Origin: Limisphaerales bacterium
Lineage (GTDB): Bacteria; Verrucomicrobiota; Verrucomicrobiia; Limisphaerales; JAJOIW01
Reading direction: 5' to 3'
Assembly: GCA_965657355.1 (NCBI GenBank)
Contig: CBFHOE010000006.1
Span: 111,217 to 175,216 of the forward strand
DNA length: 64,000 bases
In this document: positions 1 to 10,574 of the stretch, piece after piece
Position numbering within the stretch: position 1 is the stretch's first letter
Layout: each line of letters starts with the position of its first letter
Position numbers and translations under genes: made by a program
The notes under the pieces: model-generated
The model's input: only the letters and a program-made list of their open reading frames with translations
Told to the model about the DNA's origin: nothing
The model's database searches: none

Positions 1-808
1 CAGTAATTTCGATACGCTTAAGACCATTAAAATGAACCAAACTTGAAACTTTTGAAGTCGTTTTTGAACCATCTCCGTGAAGCACAACAAGGGGATCCCC
101 CACGGCTATTGATCCACCTAGAATTTTTCCAAAAGCGATTCTGCCGAGGTAATCAGAATAATCCAAATTGGCAACAAGGGTCTTAAACTCACTGTTGTCT
201 TCAACTCTAGGAGGTGGAAAATACTCCGTGATTGCTTCAAATAGAGGCTCAACCGAATCACTCTCGTCTTCCAGTTCACGCTTCGCATAGCCATCTTTTG
301 CACTTGCATAAAGAACTGGAAAATCTAATTGGTCCTCATTGGCTGCCAAATTCAAAAATAAATCAGAAACCAGGTCGACGACTTTACCTGGGTCTGCATT
401 TTCACGGTCGATTTTATTAATCACGACCATTGGCTTAGCACCCGATTCCAGTGCTTTGCGTAAGACAAATCTCGTTTGCGCCTGAGGACCTTCGTAGGCA
501 TCAACGACCAGGATCACCCCGTCAATCATGTTCATGATTCGCTCCACTTCACCTCCGAAATCCGCGTGTCCTGGAGTATCCACCACATTGATGAAAAAGT
601 CTTTAAATCGAAATGCAGCATTTTTTGCTCTTATTGTAATTCCCTTTTCTCTCTCGAGATCCATGGAATCCATAACGCGGTCTTCAACAGCCTGATTTGA
701 CCTGAAAAGGCCTGACTGCTTCAGAAGACAATCAACAAGTGTTGTTTTGCCGTGGTCGACGTGAGCGATTATCGCTATATTTCTTATATTTGATGCCTGT
801 TTACTCAT
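1..808 (-). CDS. typA: Translational GTPase TypA/BipA, 5' part (runs off the window start)
   Basis: Manual translation (missing from the ORF track): MSKQASNIRNIAIIAHVDHGKTTLVD...LEREKGITIRAKN...DTPGHADFGGEVER...INKIDRENA...LDYSDYLGRIAFGKI; G1/G3/G4 motifs and TypA-type sequence. Confidence 0.95.
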   Translation of the reverse strand, partial: MSKQASNIRNIAIIAHVDHGKTTLVDCLLKQSGLFRSNQAVEDRVMDSMDLEREKGITIRAKNAAFRFKDFFINVVDTPGHADFGGEVERIMNMIDGVILVVDAYEGPQAQTRFVLRKALESGAKPMVVINKIDRENADPGKVVDLVSDLFLNLAANEDQLDFPVLYASAKDGYAKRELEDESDSVEPLFEAITEYFPPPRVEDNSEFKTLVANLDYSDYLGRIAFGKILGGSIAVGDPLVVLHGDGSKTTSKVSSLVHFNGLKRIEIT

Positions 809-930
809 TTTTAGAACACATTTTGTATTCAGCAGCCCAGCACAGTACCCATATGCTGAAAAAGGTCAAGCCAGCTGAGTGTCATTTAGGCAAAAATGCG
901 GTCGATTTTAAACTATTAAAAAGATTTTTA

Positions 931-1260
931 TTAAAAGAAAATGGCCAACCAAATCGTATGTCTTTGGCTGGAAGTCGATTTTACCCTGTGTTTGGTATGT
1001 GCTGGAATGAATATGGCTTCCCCAGTATTTAAATAGATTTCCTTTGGTGGGGATTGAAACTCCAATATTCCCTGCCCTTGAATGACCGTTACCCACTCAT
1101 TCTCGGACTGGTCATACCAAAAATCTTTGCTTGAAGACGAATTGTTGGATGTGATTCTTTCAATTCTTACTTTTTCACTATCAGCAGATAATATCTTTTC
1201 GATTTTTTCAAAACCTGGAGACACCTCCAATGGTTTGAGAAGGTCCATTTTTGAAGTCAT
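931..1260 (-). CDS. Cupin-domain protein
   Basis: VRIERITS...WYDQSENEWVTVIQG...IPAHTKHRV cupin motifs. Confidence 0.85.
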   Translation of the reverse strand: MTSKMDLLKPLEVSPGFEKIEKILSADSEKVRIERITSNNSSSSKDFWYDQSENEWVTVIQGQGILEFQSPPKEIYLNTGEAIFIPAHTKHRVKSTSSQRHTIWLAIFF

Positions 1261-1283
1261 GACATGAAGCTAATTGAGGAAAA

Positions 1284-2282
1284 TCAGTTCGTGGTAATAT
1301 TATACTGTTTGACCATTAACTGCGAATTGGAAGCTGTCAGGGCCATGATCCATTCATCGTAAGACTGGAATCTATGTGACGGCTCTTTTTGCATCGCGCG
1401 GTATATCGCATCAGAGGTCTCCTGAGTTATAGCAGGATTCACGTGATTAGGTGGCGTGAGAGGAGTGTGGACATGGGCAGCGACAACGTCATTCATATCC
1501 TCTGCTTCGAAAGGAACGTGCCCAGTTAAGGCATGGTAAAGCGTCCCTGCCAGACTATACATATCAGATAAAAATGTCTCCGGCTCTCTTCTTACTTTTT
1601 CGGGTGCAATATAGTAAGGAGTAGCCCAGATTTCACCGCTATCATCCTGTTCATCGGCAGATCCAGCTAAGCCGAAGTCGACGAGTTTGGCCTCTCCGTC
1701 AGAGTCGAATAGAATATTATCAGGCTTGATATCCCGGTGAAGAATATTGTGCTGCAGGGCTTTGTTCAAAGCGTGACCGATCTTTAATCCCACATCGAGC
1801 ACATTTAATTCGGGAACAGCCCCGTCTTTACGAATCCATGAATCTAAACTTCCATTGTTCGCCAGTTCCATCGCCAAATAAAGCTGGTCATTCCAATAAT
1901 CAAAAGAATAAACATGGATGATATTTGTATGGTTCAGAGAAGCCACTACTCTCGCTTCTCGAAAAAATCCCTCAAGCGCTTCCTTATCTTCGTGTAGTTG
2001 GGGCTGCATTAATTTTATTGCAACCGTTCTTTCCAGCATTGTATCCCATGCATTGTATACCGTTCCCATCCCTCCAGAGGCTATAGGCGCTTTAAGCTCA
2101 AAATGGCGAAGTTTTACGGGCAGCATAACAAGGCCTCCGCATTTGGAGCATGGTGTGGTCTCAAATTGACGAAGATCAGATGCAATGAAGGAGGAGCTAC
2201 CACAACTCGGGCAGGTGACCATCTTCAATGATGACTTCTTTTCCGCGGGTTTCGCCGCAGGATTGTTCATTTCGTCGCTCAT
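1284..2282 (-). CDS. Ser/Thr protein kinase with N-terminal zinc ribbon
   Basis: CPSC...CSKC; GGMGTVY, VAIK, HRDIKPDN, DFGLA, YIAPE; ATG at 2282 preferred over the track start at 2330. Confidence 0.92.
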   Translation of the reverse strand: MSDEMNNPAAKPAEKKSSLKMVTCPSCGSSSFIASDLRQFETTPCSKCGGLVMLPVKLRHFELKAPIASGGMGTVYNAWDTMLERTVAIKLMQPQLHEDKEALEGFFREARVVASLNHTNIIHVYSFDYWNDQLYLAMELANNGSLDSWIRKDGAVPELNVLDVGLKIGHALNKALQHNILHRDIKPDNILFDSDGEAKLVDFGLAGSADEQDDSGEIWATPYYIAPEKVRREPETFLSDMYSLAGTLYHALTGHVPFEAEDMNDVVAAHVHTPLTPPNHVNPAITQETSDAIYRAMQKEPSHRFQSYDEWIMALTASNSQLMVKQYNITTN

Positions 2283-2355
2283 TCTAAATCTCAGTGTTCG
2301 GGAAGATATATCATCAAGCTGGATCGGCACAAGGCAACATCCACCTATTTTTTAA

Positions 2356-2381
2356 TAAAAAAGCCCGGCTGGTGCCGGGCA
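2356..2381 (-). terminator. Intrinsic terminator after the 2287-aa gene
   Basis: GCCCGGC-TGGT-GCCGGGC hairpin preceded by an A-run (U-tract on the minus strand). Confidence 0.7.
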
Positions 2382-2412
2382 TGACCATATTTTATGTTTT
2401 TAAAAAATTAAT

Positions 2413-5400
2413 CTATTGTGAAAGAGATGGCGTCTGTGGTGCCTGTCTTGCGCGGAAGAATGTTGTTTCATGGTCGAATTTAGCTGTCGGTGCCCATAAT
2501 GTTTGAAAACGGAGCAATTGGACAGAACCTGCTTCGAACCATTGATTGAGGTCATGAGAATATTCCATGACCCATTCATCACCAGGGAATCCTGATAGGA
2601 AAAGATTGAGCAATTTTAGATCAGAATTATCTGGAGAGGGGCGACTCTGCTGAGCTGCTGGAATAAATGGAACCAATTGTATGACAAAAGGTTGTGTCCT
2701 TCTGATGTCAATGGCTTCTTGGGTATCAAGATTTTGTTGAGAAACGGGCACCGATTGTGTGATTTTATAACGGAAATAGGACTGCCCCTGCCCCGATGCT
2801 ATGTCTGGCATAGCGTCATCAGGTAAATCAGCTCCGTAGGCAGCATTATCCGACCTTAAAACGAAGTGGATCTGAGATGAACTTCCGATGCTTGAAGTCG
2901 GTATTTTCCATTCGTGTTGCAAATTCGAGTAAGCATGCGGAATTGCACTAATAAATGCCCAACTCCAGTCAGTTCCACTGCCGGAGTATTGAAAAAGAAA
3001 CTGGCCTTGCAGCAAAAAGTCTCCGCCAATCCCAAGATTTCCATTTCCTCCCCGATACCCAGTGGCTGAAGAGACGTCGGAATCCAAAAAGACATTGTAT
3101 GCCCATCCTATTTGAGCATCATTTTCAATTCTCATGGCCAGAAGAAGGTCTTCGGGAGTGTGACCCATCCAAATTTCTCTAAAGTCGAGTGTCGTCTGAT
3201 TCTGCTGACTAGAATCAATTGGATCAGACCCCAAAGATGGGATACCGGACCATTCCGTCAGGGACCCATCCAAGGTTATTTGTGCCAATGGATATGATGG
3301 ATACCCACTCACAGGCTCAGGAATTACCTCAAGACTGACTTTTTGGGACCCCGTTGTTTCCTCGCCATCCGAGGCACTCCAGTAAAATTCATCTCTACCT
3401 AAAAAGGCTGCCCCAGGTGTGTATGTGAGTTCGGGTAATTCACCTGATAATACGCCGTTCATGGGTTGTTCGAGGATCGTGTAGACCAAAGGTTGATTTT
3501 CAGGGTCCACAGCCTTTAGCTCAATAGAAACTGGTAAACCTTCCAGTGTGGAATAATTTTGATCCTGTGCAATGGGAGGCAGGTTCTGACCCTCAGACAA
3601 GAAATTGTAATCGTAAGCCAACCCGCCATCAGGGAAAAAATCCAATGTTTCACCTCCGGGATAAGCGACATTCTCACCATAAAAAATGGACCTGATACGA
3701 CTAGGGTTTCCTATGGACTCTCTTGGAATCGACATTTCAACCACAGTGCCTGAAACAGATTGGAATGTATCCAAAACGAATTCCCATGACCAAGATGTTC
3801 CATTGCCGGAATATCTAAATAATACCCCCTGTTGTATTAAGTAATCGCAACCAAGATTTGCGTATTGAAATCCGGTGGATTGAGAATAGTCAGAATCGAT
3901 ATAGATGTTATGAGCCCAATTTAATGAAATGGGAAGCCATGACTCGTAGGCTATATATAAATTATTTTTATTATGAGCAGTATAAATCACTTTCCAATCA
4001 AGTTCATCTCCTGGTTGTGTTGCATCCTTTGGGTCTAAACCGATAGGAGTAATTCCTTCCCAATCCGTAAGTAAACCATCAATTGTCATATCAACCACTG
4101 GGTTGTTAGGACCAGTCGCTATCGGCTGTTTGATCGTGTAATTTACAGTCGCCGGAGAGCCAAAAAGTCCTTTTTCATCAGCAACTCGATATGTAAATGA
4201 AAAAGTGCCAGCAATGGTGGAATCGTGCTGATATAGGATACCACCCTGGGCCGCAGCGATAATAGCTGCTCCAGTTTGAGGGGCGGTGACGATCTCCAAA
4301 GTAGAAGGATCAATACTTCCACCCGGATCACTGTCATTATTCAAAACACTTATCAATACAGTGCCCCCGAAATCAACAGTCACTGAATCATCATTCAAAA
4401 CAGGGGGAACATTAGTTGGCGCAGGGTCCTGAGACAACTGAACAGTCAAGGCACTCGGCTGAATATTCTCGAGTATCGCACCATCAGGAATGGCATCCAC
4501 TAAAGTGCCACCATTTGCTTCATTATCTCCAATAAAAATAAAGTTAAATGATGGCAGATTGGGGTCACCAAGCCATTCCTTGGGGAAGCTCATCTCTAAA
4601 ACTTCTCCATCAATTGCTTTTGAGGGAGCCCCGACGAATGCCCAATTCCAATCTGTTCCAGTTCCTTGATACTTGAAAACTCCGCCATCATAGATGATGT
4701 AATCAGCTCCAAATTCGTAAAAAACAAATCCAGTCGTGGCGAGCCCATCTGTATCAATAAGAACCTGATACCCCCAATTTAATTCCACAGGATATTCATT
4801 CCTGTAGGCCAGGAATAAATTTTCTGCATCGGACAAAAAGGAGATCTCACGCAGGTCAATCTTATCAACATTGGTAGAAGATTCTTTAGGGTCCTGAATC
4901 ACAATAGCGCTTTCAGGCCAGTCTGATATTTTTCCGTCTATTACAATGGCGTCGGAATCCTCGAAGAAGTATGTGAGGTACTTCAGGCCAGGGCCCGAGG
5001 TGATGCTGTCTGGAATATAGTCTAAATCATTTGGAAAACCGAAAGGTGCGTTACTTCCTTCAAAGGCGTAGTTGATAGCATCGGGCGAACCAATACTACT
5101 CAAAGGAAATGAAATTTCAGCCGTTTGTTCTTTTATTCGAATGTTAATATCTCCGACGTATGACCAAGTCCAATCACTTCCATTTCCAGAATACCGAAGT
5201 AATGTCTTATCATTGATAACGTAGTCGGCGCCGATATCGTAGTATGCAAAACCTGTGGATGAATTTCTGTCGGCATCAATGAACAAATTGTAGCCCCAAT
5301 TCAGACTAATAGGACCTTCATTTTTGTATGCTAAATATAATTCGCCCTCCTGGTGATACATGTGTAATTCTTGTAAATCGATGAGGGCAGAGGGATTCGA

Positions 5401-8400
5401 AAGGTCGGAGGGATCTGTCACTATGGAGTGCTCATTCGGCCAATCGGATAGGTCTCCATCCAAAACAATGCCAACCTGAACGTCCACAAGTGAAGAAACA
5501 TCTATGGTAAGCTGAGAAGTAGAGGTGGCTCCGAATTCGTCTTCTATGGTATATGCAAAAGAGTCCGTCCCCTCAAAGTCTTGAGGAGGCGTATAAGCAA
5601 CAAAAGACTGAGAGAGCAAAACGCTTCCTCCCTGGGATGAGCTACCACTGACAGATTGGATAGCTAGTATCCCATTTTCTGGGTCCTCGTCATTTCCAAG
5701 AAGAAGAGTATGTGAAATCAATCGTCTCGCGTTTACCCCAGAGGTCAGGGTATCAGGAGCAGCAAGAGGAGGTAAATTGGTTTGGCCTGCTGATGCATCC
5801 GGCAAGGATGCCAGACAAAGTGTCAGTAAAGGCTCGAGGGTGTTCCAGGCTTCGGCATCATCTTCTGAAGCTGTTGAAATTCCAATTTTACCATATTGAG
5901 GGTCATTAGAATCCCCTACCCGGTCTGTTAAAATTTTTTCAGTAATGATCTGGTATGCGAATGATTTTTCGCCCATGAGCAGCGCAATTCTGGCAAGTTG
6001 TGCATATATTCGTGCTTCACCCTCGAAAAGATTCTCATTACCACGAACGAGACAATTCCCGTCAGGCTCAGGGCCACATTCTGGGACATCTCCCCCCTGA
6101 AAAGTAAGATACTCAGGGACTCTTCCGTTTTGCAGATAAAAATTCTTGAAGAATTGGTAACCTCTCGCGGCGGCACCTGCGGCCAAAACTCGCTTTGTAT
6201 CTTTCAAGACATAAACAGGGATAGAGGAAACTCTTTTGAGGTGAAGGATAGTCCAAAGCTCTTGAATAACTTTTAGGTTTTCTCCCTGTCTTTCGCCGGG
6301 ATATTCGAAATCACCAGTGAAAGCATTATTTTCGGTATAACCATTATAAAATAATCCGGGAGATCCGGGAATCTCGGAATTCAACAATAGATCTACCGAA
6401 GAAGAAAGAACAGGTTCCCACCTCGGCATTTGTTTCGCTGCCAAGGCCATCGTTTCCAGGTCCTGGTAATCCACAGGTATGGGAAACGTACCGAGCCTGC
6501 CCAGACCCGATGCTTCCGCTGGCGGGCTCAAAGTAGGGTCATCTTGATCAGCCCAATCCCATGAATAACCAATTAAGCCGTCAGCGTATTGAGGAAATAT
6601 AGGCGCCGCTCCACGAAATCTATCGGTTACACTGGTCCAATAAAGACCATTCAGAATGGTTTCAGCTAATTCCTGCGCCTGGTCATTTCCCATTCTCTCC
6701 GCACCTTGAAGTAATCCTCTAACGATCCTAAAATCGTCCAGAGGAGCGTTGGCCGCAAACCACACATCTTGTCCATCCAATGAGTCTTTTTGAAGAAACC
6801 TTTCGAGGTTTATCTTGTCCATGGACCAACCGGGAACGCTATAACCTTTCGACAATAAAACGTCCTGCACAAAAGTGACCGCTTCCTGGAAAGCTTGCTC
6901 ATTTTTGGTTAGTGCTGTGACCCTCAAAAGCAAGCCCATGTGCTCAGCTGTCACGTGGTGACCACCAGTGTAGACTGCGGTTGAAAAATTATTGTCTTTT
7001 AGGTTAGTGGGAACACCGTATGAATATGGGGGCTCAGTTTTTCCTGTAGCTTCCCGCATCGTTTTTAGAATAAAATTTAAGCCGGACTGGACTACTTCTT
7101 CAATTTCTGATGAATCATAAACTAACTCTGCCGTATTGGGGATAACATTCAGATTGGATGCTGATAGCTGGATCTTAACCAATGCAAATTGTTCAACAGG
7201 TACATCAAACCCAACATGATTCAAATCGGTGCGAGCAAAGGGAATGGATACATCACTCTCGTCTCCGGGGCTGGATAAAGTAATAGATACGACCTCATTA
7301 CCTTCAGGAACAAGATATTGAAGGCTGTATGTTTTTGGTGAGATTTGCATGGGCTGGAGAGCCCCAGAATAATTAAGAATATAGAGGTATTGTTCGTTGG
7401 CTGCATTAACTTTTGAAATATCTATAAAAGTTCCCTTTGGTAAATCTCCTACCAAATCTTCAGTTGTGTGAATCCTTAGTAACTGTTCTAGTTGACCTAA
7501 GGTGGATTGGGCCTTGGATACATTACCACCTTCGAGCGTAAAGAGTTCTGAAGAGATGATGTCTGGCCGATAAATGGCAGCTCCCAGTCCATATTCCATC
7601 AATCTTGCTTTTGATACGGGGTTCCCTCCGAATTGGAAAAGTTCATCGAGCACACTCTGGGATCGTGGCGAGCCGAATTCATCCGAGGTCCCCGGGAGTA
7701 ACCCTGTGGCTATAACCGTTCCTCCCGCTTCTACAAAATTTTTGATATCAGTGGCTTTTTCTTCACTCAGGCAGACAACACTCGGAAGCCATAAAACTTC
7801 CAATTCATCCAGGTCCGATGGTAACGCGGGATCCACAACACATTTATAGGGTATCCCCAACTGATGCAAACCATGCGCTGCCCCGCGCCACGCGCTAACA
7901 TGAGGAAGCTTTATCAAACTCGCTCCTACAAACTGAGCCCACCATTCAGGGTCTTCAACCGGAGGTTGTTCTTGAAGAAACATTCCGTATTTTCCCCCTT
8001 GGGAGTAATCATAATATTCGCGAGTAGGAGAACTAAACCAAACCCCAACACGGGATAATCTCTCTGTTTTGAACAAAGCGTCCTCACGATCTTTGATAAA
8101 TCCATACCATTGCTTTCGCATATTCCCATCCACAGACTCCGTCATGATGGGAGTCTTGGTTTCAAAAGGGATAGTTTTAGTGGCTATTGCCGCGCCAATT
8201 CCAAGCCCAGCATCAGGCACTTCAAAACCATAGGTGAACCCCCAGCTTGGTGTATTTCTATCGACTCCCCTGGCGTATTTATACATTGCAATTCGATTGC
8301 TCACGTCTTCGACATGGGCGTATTTCATTGCCATCCCATTTGAAACACTATCCACTTCCCAAACTCTTATCCACTTGTCTTGAGATTGAAGTCTGGCACC

Positions 8401-9276
8401 GTCAAGCCCAGTCCACAAAGTATCCAAGTAATCCATGGGGTACACTTCTGCTACGAAAAGCCAATTTGGATTGGAAAGAATGGATTCCGTTCTGACCTCT
8501 TCGATAAATTCGGCAAGGTTGATATGGCGCCATTCGAGCCACATCCTGAAATTGAGATCGCTGATGTCAGCCACAGTTGGGAGAGTATATCCTAACCCAT
8601 CGTTGTATCCCTGCAGCTGTGACCAGTTTTCATAAGCAATTTTTGCATTAGGGCTCATATCAGACCAAGGGGAACCCGTATCGAGATAGAGGGGTACGTC
8701 AATCCAGATCCCATCTAAGTCCGTCTCTGTTGCCAATTTTTTAACCCTGGAAATAAAGTAGTTTCTGTAACCTGAATTTGGAGACATCCATGCGCTTTCC
8801 CCTCCAGGAGGAACCCAGTCCTCTTGGCTTCCATAGAAAACATTACTTTCCCCGTTGATTCCAATCTGCAGCCATTCCGGATAGTCTTTTGCAGCGGATC
8901 TAGGGTTGGTTTCCCCGTCGGGTGTTAGGACTTCCAAGGCAGGGTAATACACAACGACCTTCATTCCTGCTGCATGAATAGCATCCGTAACTTGACCAAT
9001 GAAAAGGACCTCGTTTTGAAATTCCTCATCTAACCAATAGCGACTCAGTGAAGTATCAAGCTCAACAATGGATACGTTCTGGTCTTTAAGCCTGGCAACC
9101 GCTGATTCGATAGTAAGCGCATCAGCATTTGATTGGATGCTCAGCCCAGCAATGCGGCCGCCTTTCGCCCATTCAGGGATATTCGCACCTCGTATCGCTG
9201 TCGTGAAAACCACCATAGCTAAAAAAATAACCCTGGCAGCACACAATACCGATTTCCGCATCATAAAACTCAACAT
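2413..9276 (-). CDS. Secreted 2287-aa multidomain glycoside hydrolase-like protein
   Basis: Signal peptide; TIM-barrel GH-like region (DGIWID) plus GATase-like trimerisation domain (LWLPSVVCLSEE...FVEAGGTVIATG); GH8/YdaJ-like region (TAEHMGL, NAPLDDFRI); three cadherin/Ig-like repeats (N-x-PP starts); four [IL]DG-x-[LI]-x-[DE]W repeats; C-terminal SHDLNQW...FFRAR. Confidence 0.8.
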   Translation of the reverse strand: MLSFMMRKSVLCAARVIFLAMVVFTTAIRGANIPEWAKGGRIAGLSIQSNADALTIESAVARLKDQNVSIVELDTSLSRYWLDEEFQNEVLFIGQVTDAIHAAGMKVVVYYPALEVLTPDGETNPRSAAKDYPEWLQIGINGESNVFYGSQEDWVPPGGESAWMSPNSGYRNYFISRVKKLATETDLDGIWIDVPLYLDTGSPWSDMSPNAKIAYENWSQLQGYNDGLGYTLPTVADISDLNFRMWLEWRHINLAEFIEEVRTESILSNPNWLFVAEVYPMDYLDTLWTGLDGARLQSQDKWIRVWEVDSVSNGMAMKYAHVEDVSNRIAMYKYARGVDRNTPSWGFTYGFEVPDAGLGIGAAIATKTIPFETKTPIMTESVDGNMRKQWYGFIKDREDALFKTERLSRVGVWFSSPTREYYDYSQGGKYGMFLQEQPPVEDPEWWAQFVGASLIKLPHVSAWRGAAHGLHQLGIPYKCVVDPALPSDLDELEVLWLPSVVCLSEEKATDIKNFVEAGGTVIATGLLPGTSDEFGSPRSQSVLDELFQFGGNPVSKARLMEYGLGAAIYRPDIISSELFTLEGGNVSKAQSTLGQLEQLLRIHTTEDLVGDLPKGTFIDISKVNAANEQYLYILNYSGALQPMQISPKTYSLQYLVPEGNEVVSITLSSPGDESDVSIPFARTDLNHVGFDVPVEQFALVKIQLSASNLNVIPNTAELVYDSSEIEEVVQSGLNFILKTMREATGKTEPPYSYGVPTNLKDNNFSTAVYTGGHHVTAEHMGLLLRVTALTKNEQAFQEAVTFVQDVLLSKGYSVPGWSMDKINLERFLQKDSLDGQDVWFAANAPLDDFRIVRGLLQGAERMGNDQAQELAETILNGLYWTSVTDRFRGAAPIFPQYADGLIGYSWDWADQDDPTLSPPAEASGLGRLGTFPIPVDYQDLETMALAAKQMPRWEPVLSSSVDLLLNSEIPGSPGLFYNGYTENNAFTGDFEYPGERQGENLKVIQELWTILHLKRVSSIPVYVLKDTKRVLAAGAAARGYQFFKNFYLQNGRVPEYLTFQGGDVPECGPEPDGNCLVRGNENLFEGEARIYAQLARIALLMGEKSFAYQIITEKILTDRVGDSNDPQYGKIGISTASEDDAEAWNTLEPLLTLCLASLPDASAGQTNLPPLAAPDTLTSGVNARRLISHTLLLGNDEDPENGILAIQSVSGSSSQGGSVLLSQSFVAYTPPQDFEGTDSFAYTIEDEFGATSTSQLTIDVSSLVDVQVGIVLDGDLSDWPNEHSIVTDPSDLSNPSALIDLQELHMYHQEGELYLAYKNEGPISLNWGYNLFIDADRNSSTGFAYYDIGADYVINDKTLLRYSGNGSDWTWSYVGDINIRIKEQTAEISFPLSSIGSPDAINYAFEGSNAPFGFPNDLDYIPDSITSGPGLKYLTYFFEDSDAIVIDGKISDWPESAIVIQDPKESSTNVDKIDLREISFLSDAENLFLAYRNEYPVELNWGYQVLIDTDGLATTGFVFYEFGADYIIYDGGVFKYQGTGTDWNWAFVGAPSKAIDGEVLEMSFPKEWLGDPNLPSFNFIFIGDNEANGGTLVDAIPDGAILENIQPSALTVQLSQDPAPTNVPPVLNDDSVTVDFGGTVLISVLNNDSDPGGSIDPSTLEIVTAPQTGAAIIAAAQGGILYQHDSTIAGTFSFTYRVADEKGLFGSPATVNYTIKQPIATGPNNPVVDMTIDGLLTDWEGITPIGLDPKDATQPGDELDWKVIYTAHNKNNLYIAYESWLPISLNWAHNIYIDSDYSQSTGFQYANLGCDYLIQQGVLFRYSGNGTSWSWEFVLDTFQSVSGTVVEMSIPRESIGNPSRIRSIFYGENVAYPGGETLDFFPDGGLAYDYNFLSEGQNLPPIAQDQNYSTLEGLPVSIELKAVDPENQPLVYTILEQPMNGVLSGELPELTYTPGAAFLGRDEFYWSASDGEETTGSQKVSLEVIPEPVSGYPSYPLAQITLDGSLTEWSGIPSLGSDPIDSSQQNQTTLDFREIWMGHTPEDLLLAMRIENDAQIGWAYNVFLDSDVSSATGYRGGNGNLGIGGDFLLQGQFLFQYSGSGTDWSWAFISAIPHAYSNLQHEWKIPTSSIGSSSQIHFVLRSDNAAYGADLPDDAMPDIASGQGQSYFRYKITQSVPVSQQNLDTQEAIDIRRTQPFVIQLVPFIPAAQQSRPSPDNSDLKLLNLFLSGFPGDEWVMEYSHDLNQWFEAGSVQLLRFQTLWAPTAKFDHETTFFRARQAPQTPSLSQ

Positions 9277-9538
9277 ACCTTATGATGAAATCGGCTAAAA
9301 TTTGTTAAAAATTACCATTTATACATGTTGCACACAAAACTAAAGGAGTGTTTTCCATGAATATTTAGAGAAATGATCTCTACAAAGCTGAATCAGAAGA
9401 GGTTATCAAAAATTGAAAAAATCTTGTGCAGAATTTGTTAAGCTTCGAGAGAGTTTCAATGCCTTATTTTGAGACACCAAAAGACAGTTATAATCCATTT
9501 TTAGATACTAGGGTTTGACCGAATTTGCTAATTGAGGC

Positions 9539-10138
9539 TTATTTATGAGTCAATCCCTTCAAAAAGTTGACGACGAGGGATTCTACCATATCACTGACGG
9601 AATCCTCATCAATCGAAGCCAATTTGCCTGTCAGATTAAGCATACAAATCCCATGAACGCCGGCCCACAAGATCCTGGAGGCTCGCTCAGCTTGCCTTTT
9701 ATGACCATTACAAATTTTCAGGGTAGGTTTTTCGACCCATTGGAAAAGGTCTCTTATCTTTGCCCTATACCAGCCGGGAAGCTTAAAATCTTTGTTTCGA
9801 TTATGATCTAGTAACGCTTGCCACAAATTCACATTCTGATTCACAAATTCTGTATAAATGCTGAATAACCTGAGTATCGAAGTATTTGGAGATTTCGCCT
9901 CTGTATATTCCCTGAGAATAAAGGCATTTAGTTCATCAAGCGTCAGTCCGTTGATATGAATAACTATATCGTCATAGTCTGCAAAAATGTTGTAAAGAGT
10001 CCCTACGGTATACCCAATCTCTCTGGCTATTTTTCGAGCACCAAGTGATTGCAGACCCCCGTTCTGGATAATCATCCGCCCTGATTCCAAAATCATTTGT
10101 CTCAGTTCTTCTCTGGTGTGGTCTGCTCTGCGCGCCAT
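9539..10138 (-). CDS. TetR/AcrR family regulator (WHG-type C-terminus)
   Basis: ARKIAREIGYTVGTLYNIF HTH; LWAGVHGI. Confidence 0.9.
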   Translation of the reverse strand: MARRADHTREELRQMILESGRMIIQNGGLQSLGARKIAREIGYTVGTLYNIFADYDDIVIHINGLTLDELNAFILREYTEAKSPNTSILRLFSIYTEFVNQNVNLWQALLDHNRNKDFKLPGWYRAKIRDLFQWVEKPTLKICNGHKRQAERASRILWAGVHGICMLNLTGKLASIDEDSVSDMVESLVVNFLKGLTHK

Positions 10139-10207
10139 TTATATAATTCTTATACGGGGGTAACCCTTTTGATAACTTTAAAAATTTTAGAAGATTAAGA
10201 TAAGATA

Positions 10208-10287
<80 letters not shown>

Positions 10288-10574
10288 AGCGTTTGGGGAT
10301 AAGTATTGAATCACCTTTCTTTGGGGAATCAATCCCAAATTTCATCTTTTTGAAGTTTTTTTTCAAATTTATTCTCAATTAGGCGGACAATATGTTATTA
10401 GAATGCCTCATCATTTGAAGAGTCGTGTAAATTGGAGGTGGTTAGCCTCGTATTTGTCGATGAGAAATAAAGGGAGTAACCGCCAAAGTCATCCTACCGG
10501 ATAGTATGATCTCGATAACACCCGCTATATCAAAAATTTACGACCTCATTTTATTTTAGTTGAAGAAGAAGAAT

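Noticed and set aside
118..1032. Short track ORFs 118-309, 232-420, 476-700 and 739-1032
   Set aside because: Shadow frames of typA, which the track missed because it runs off the window
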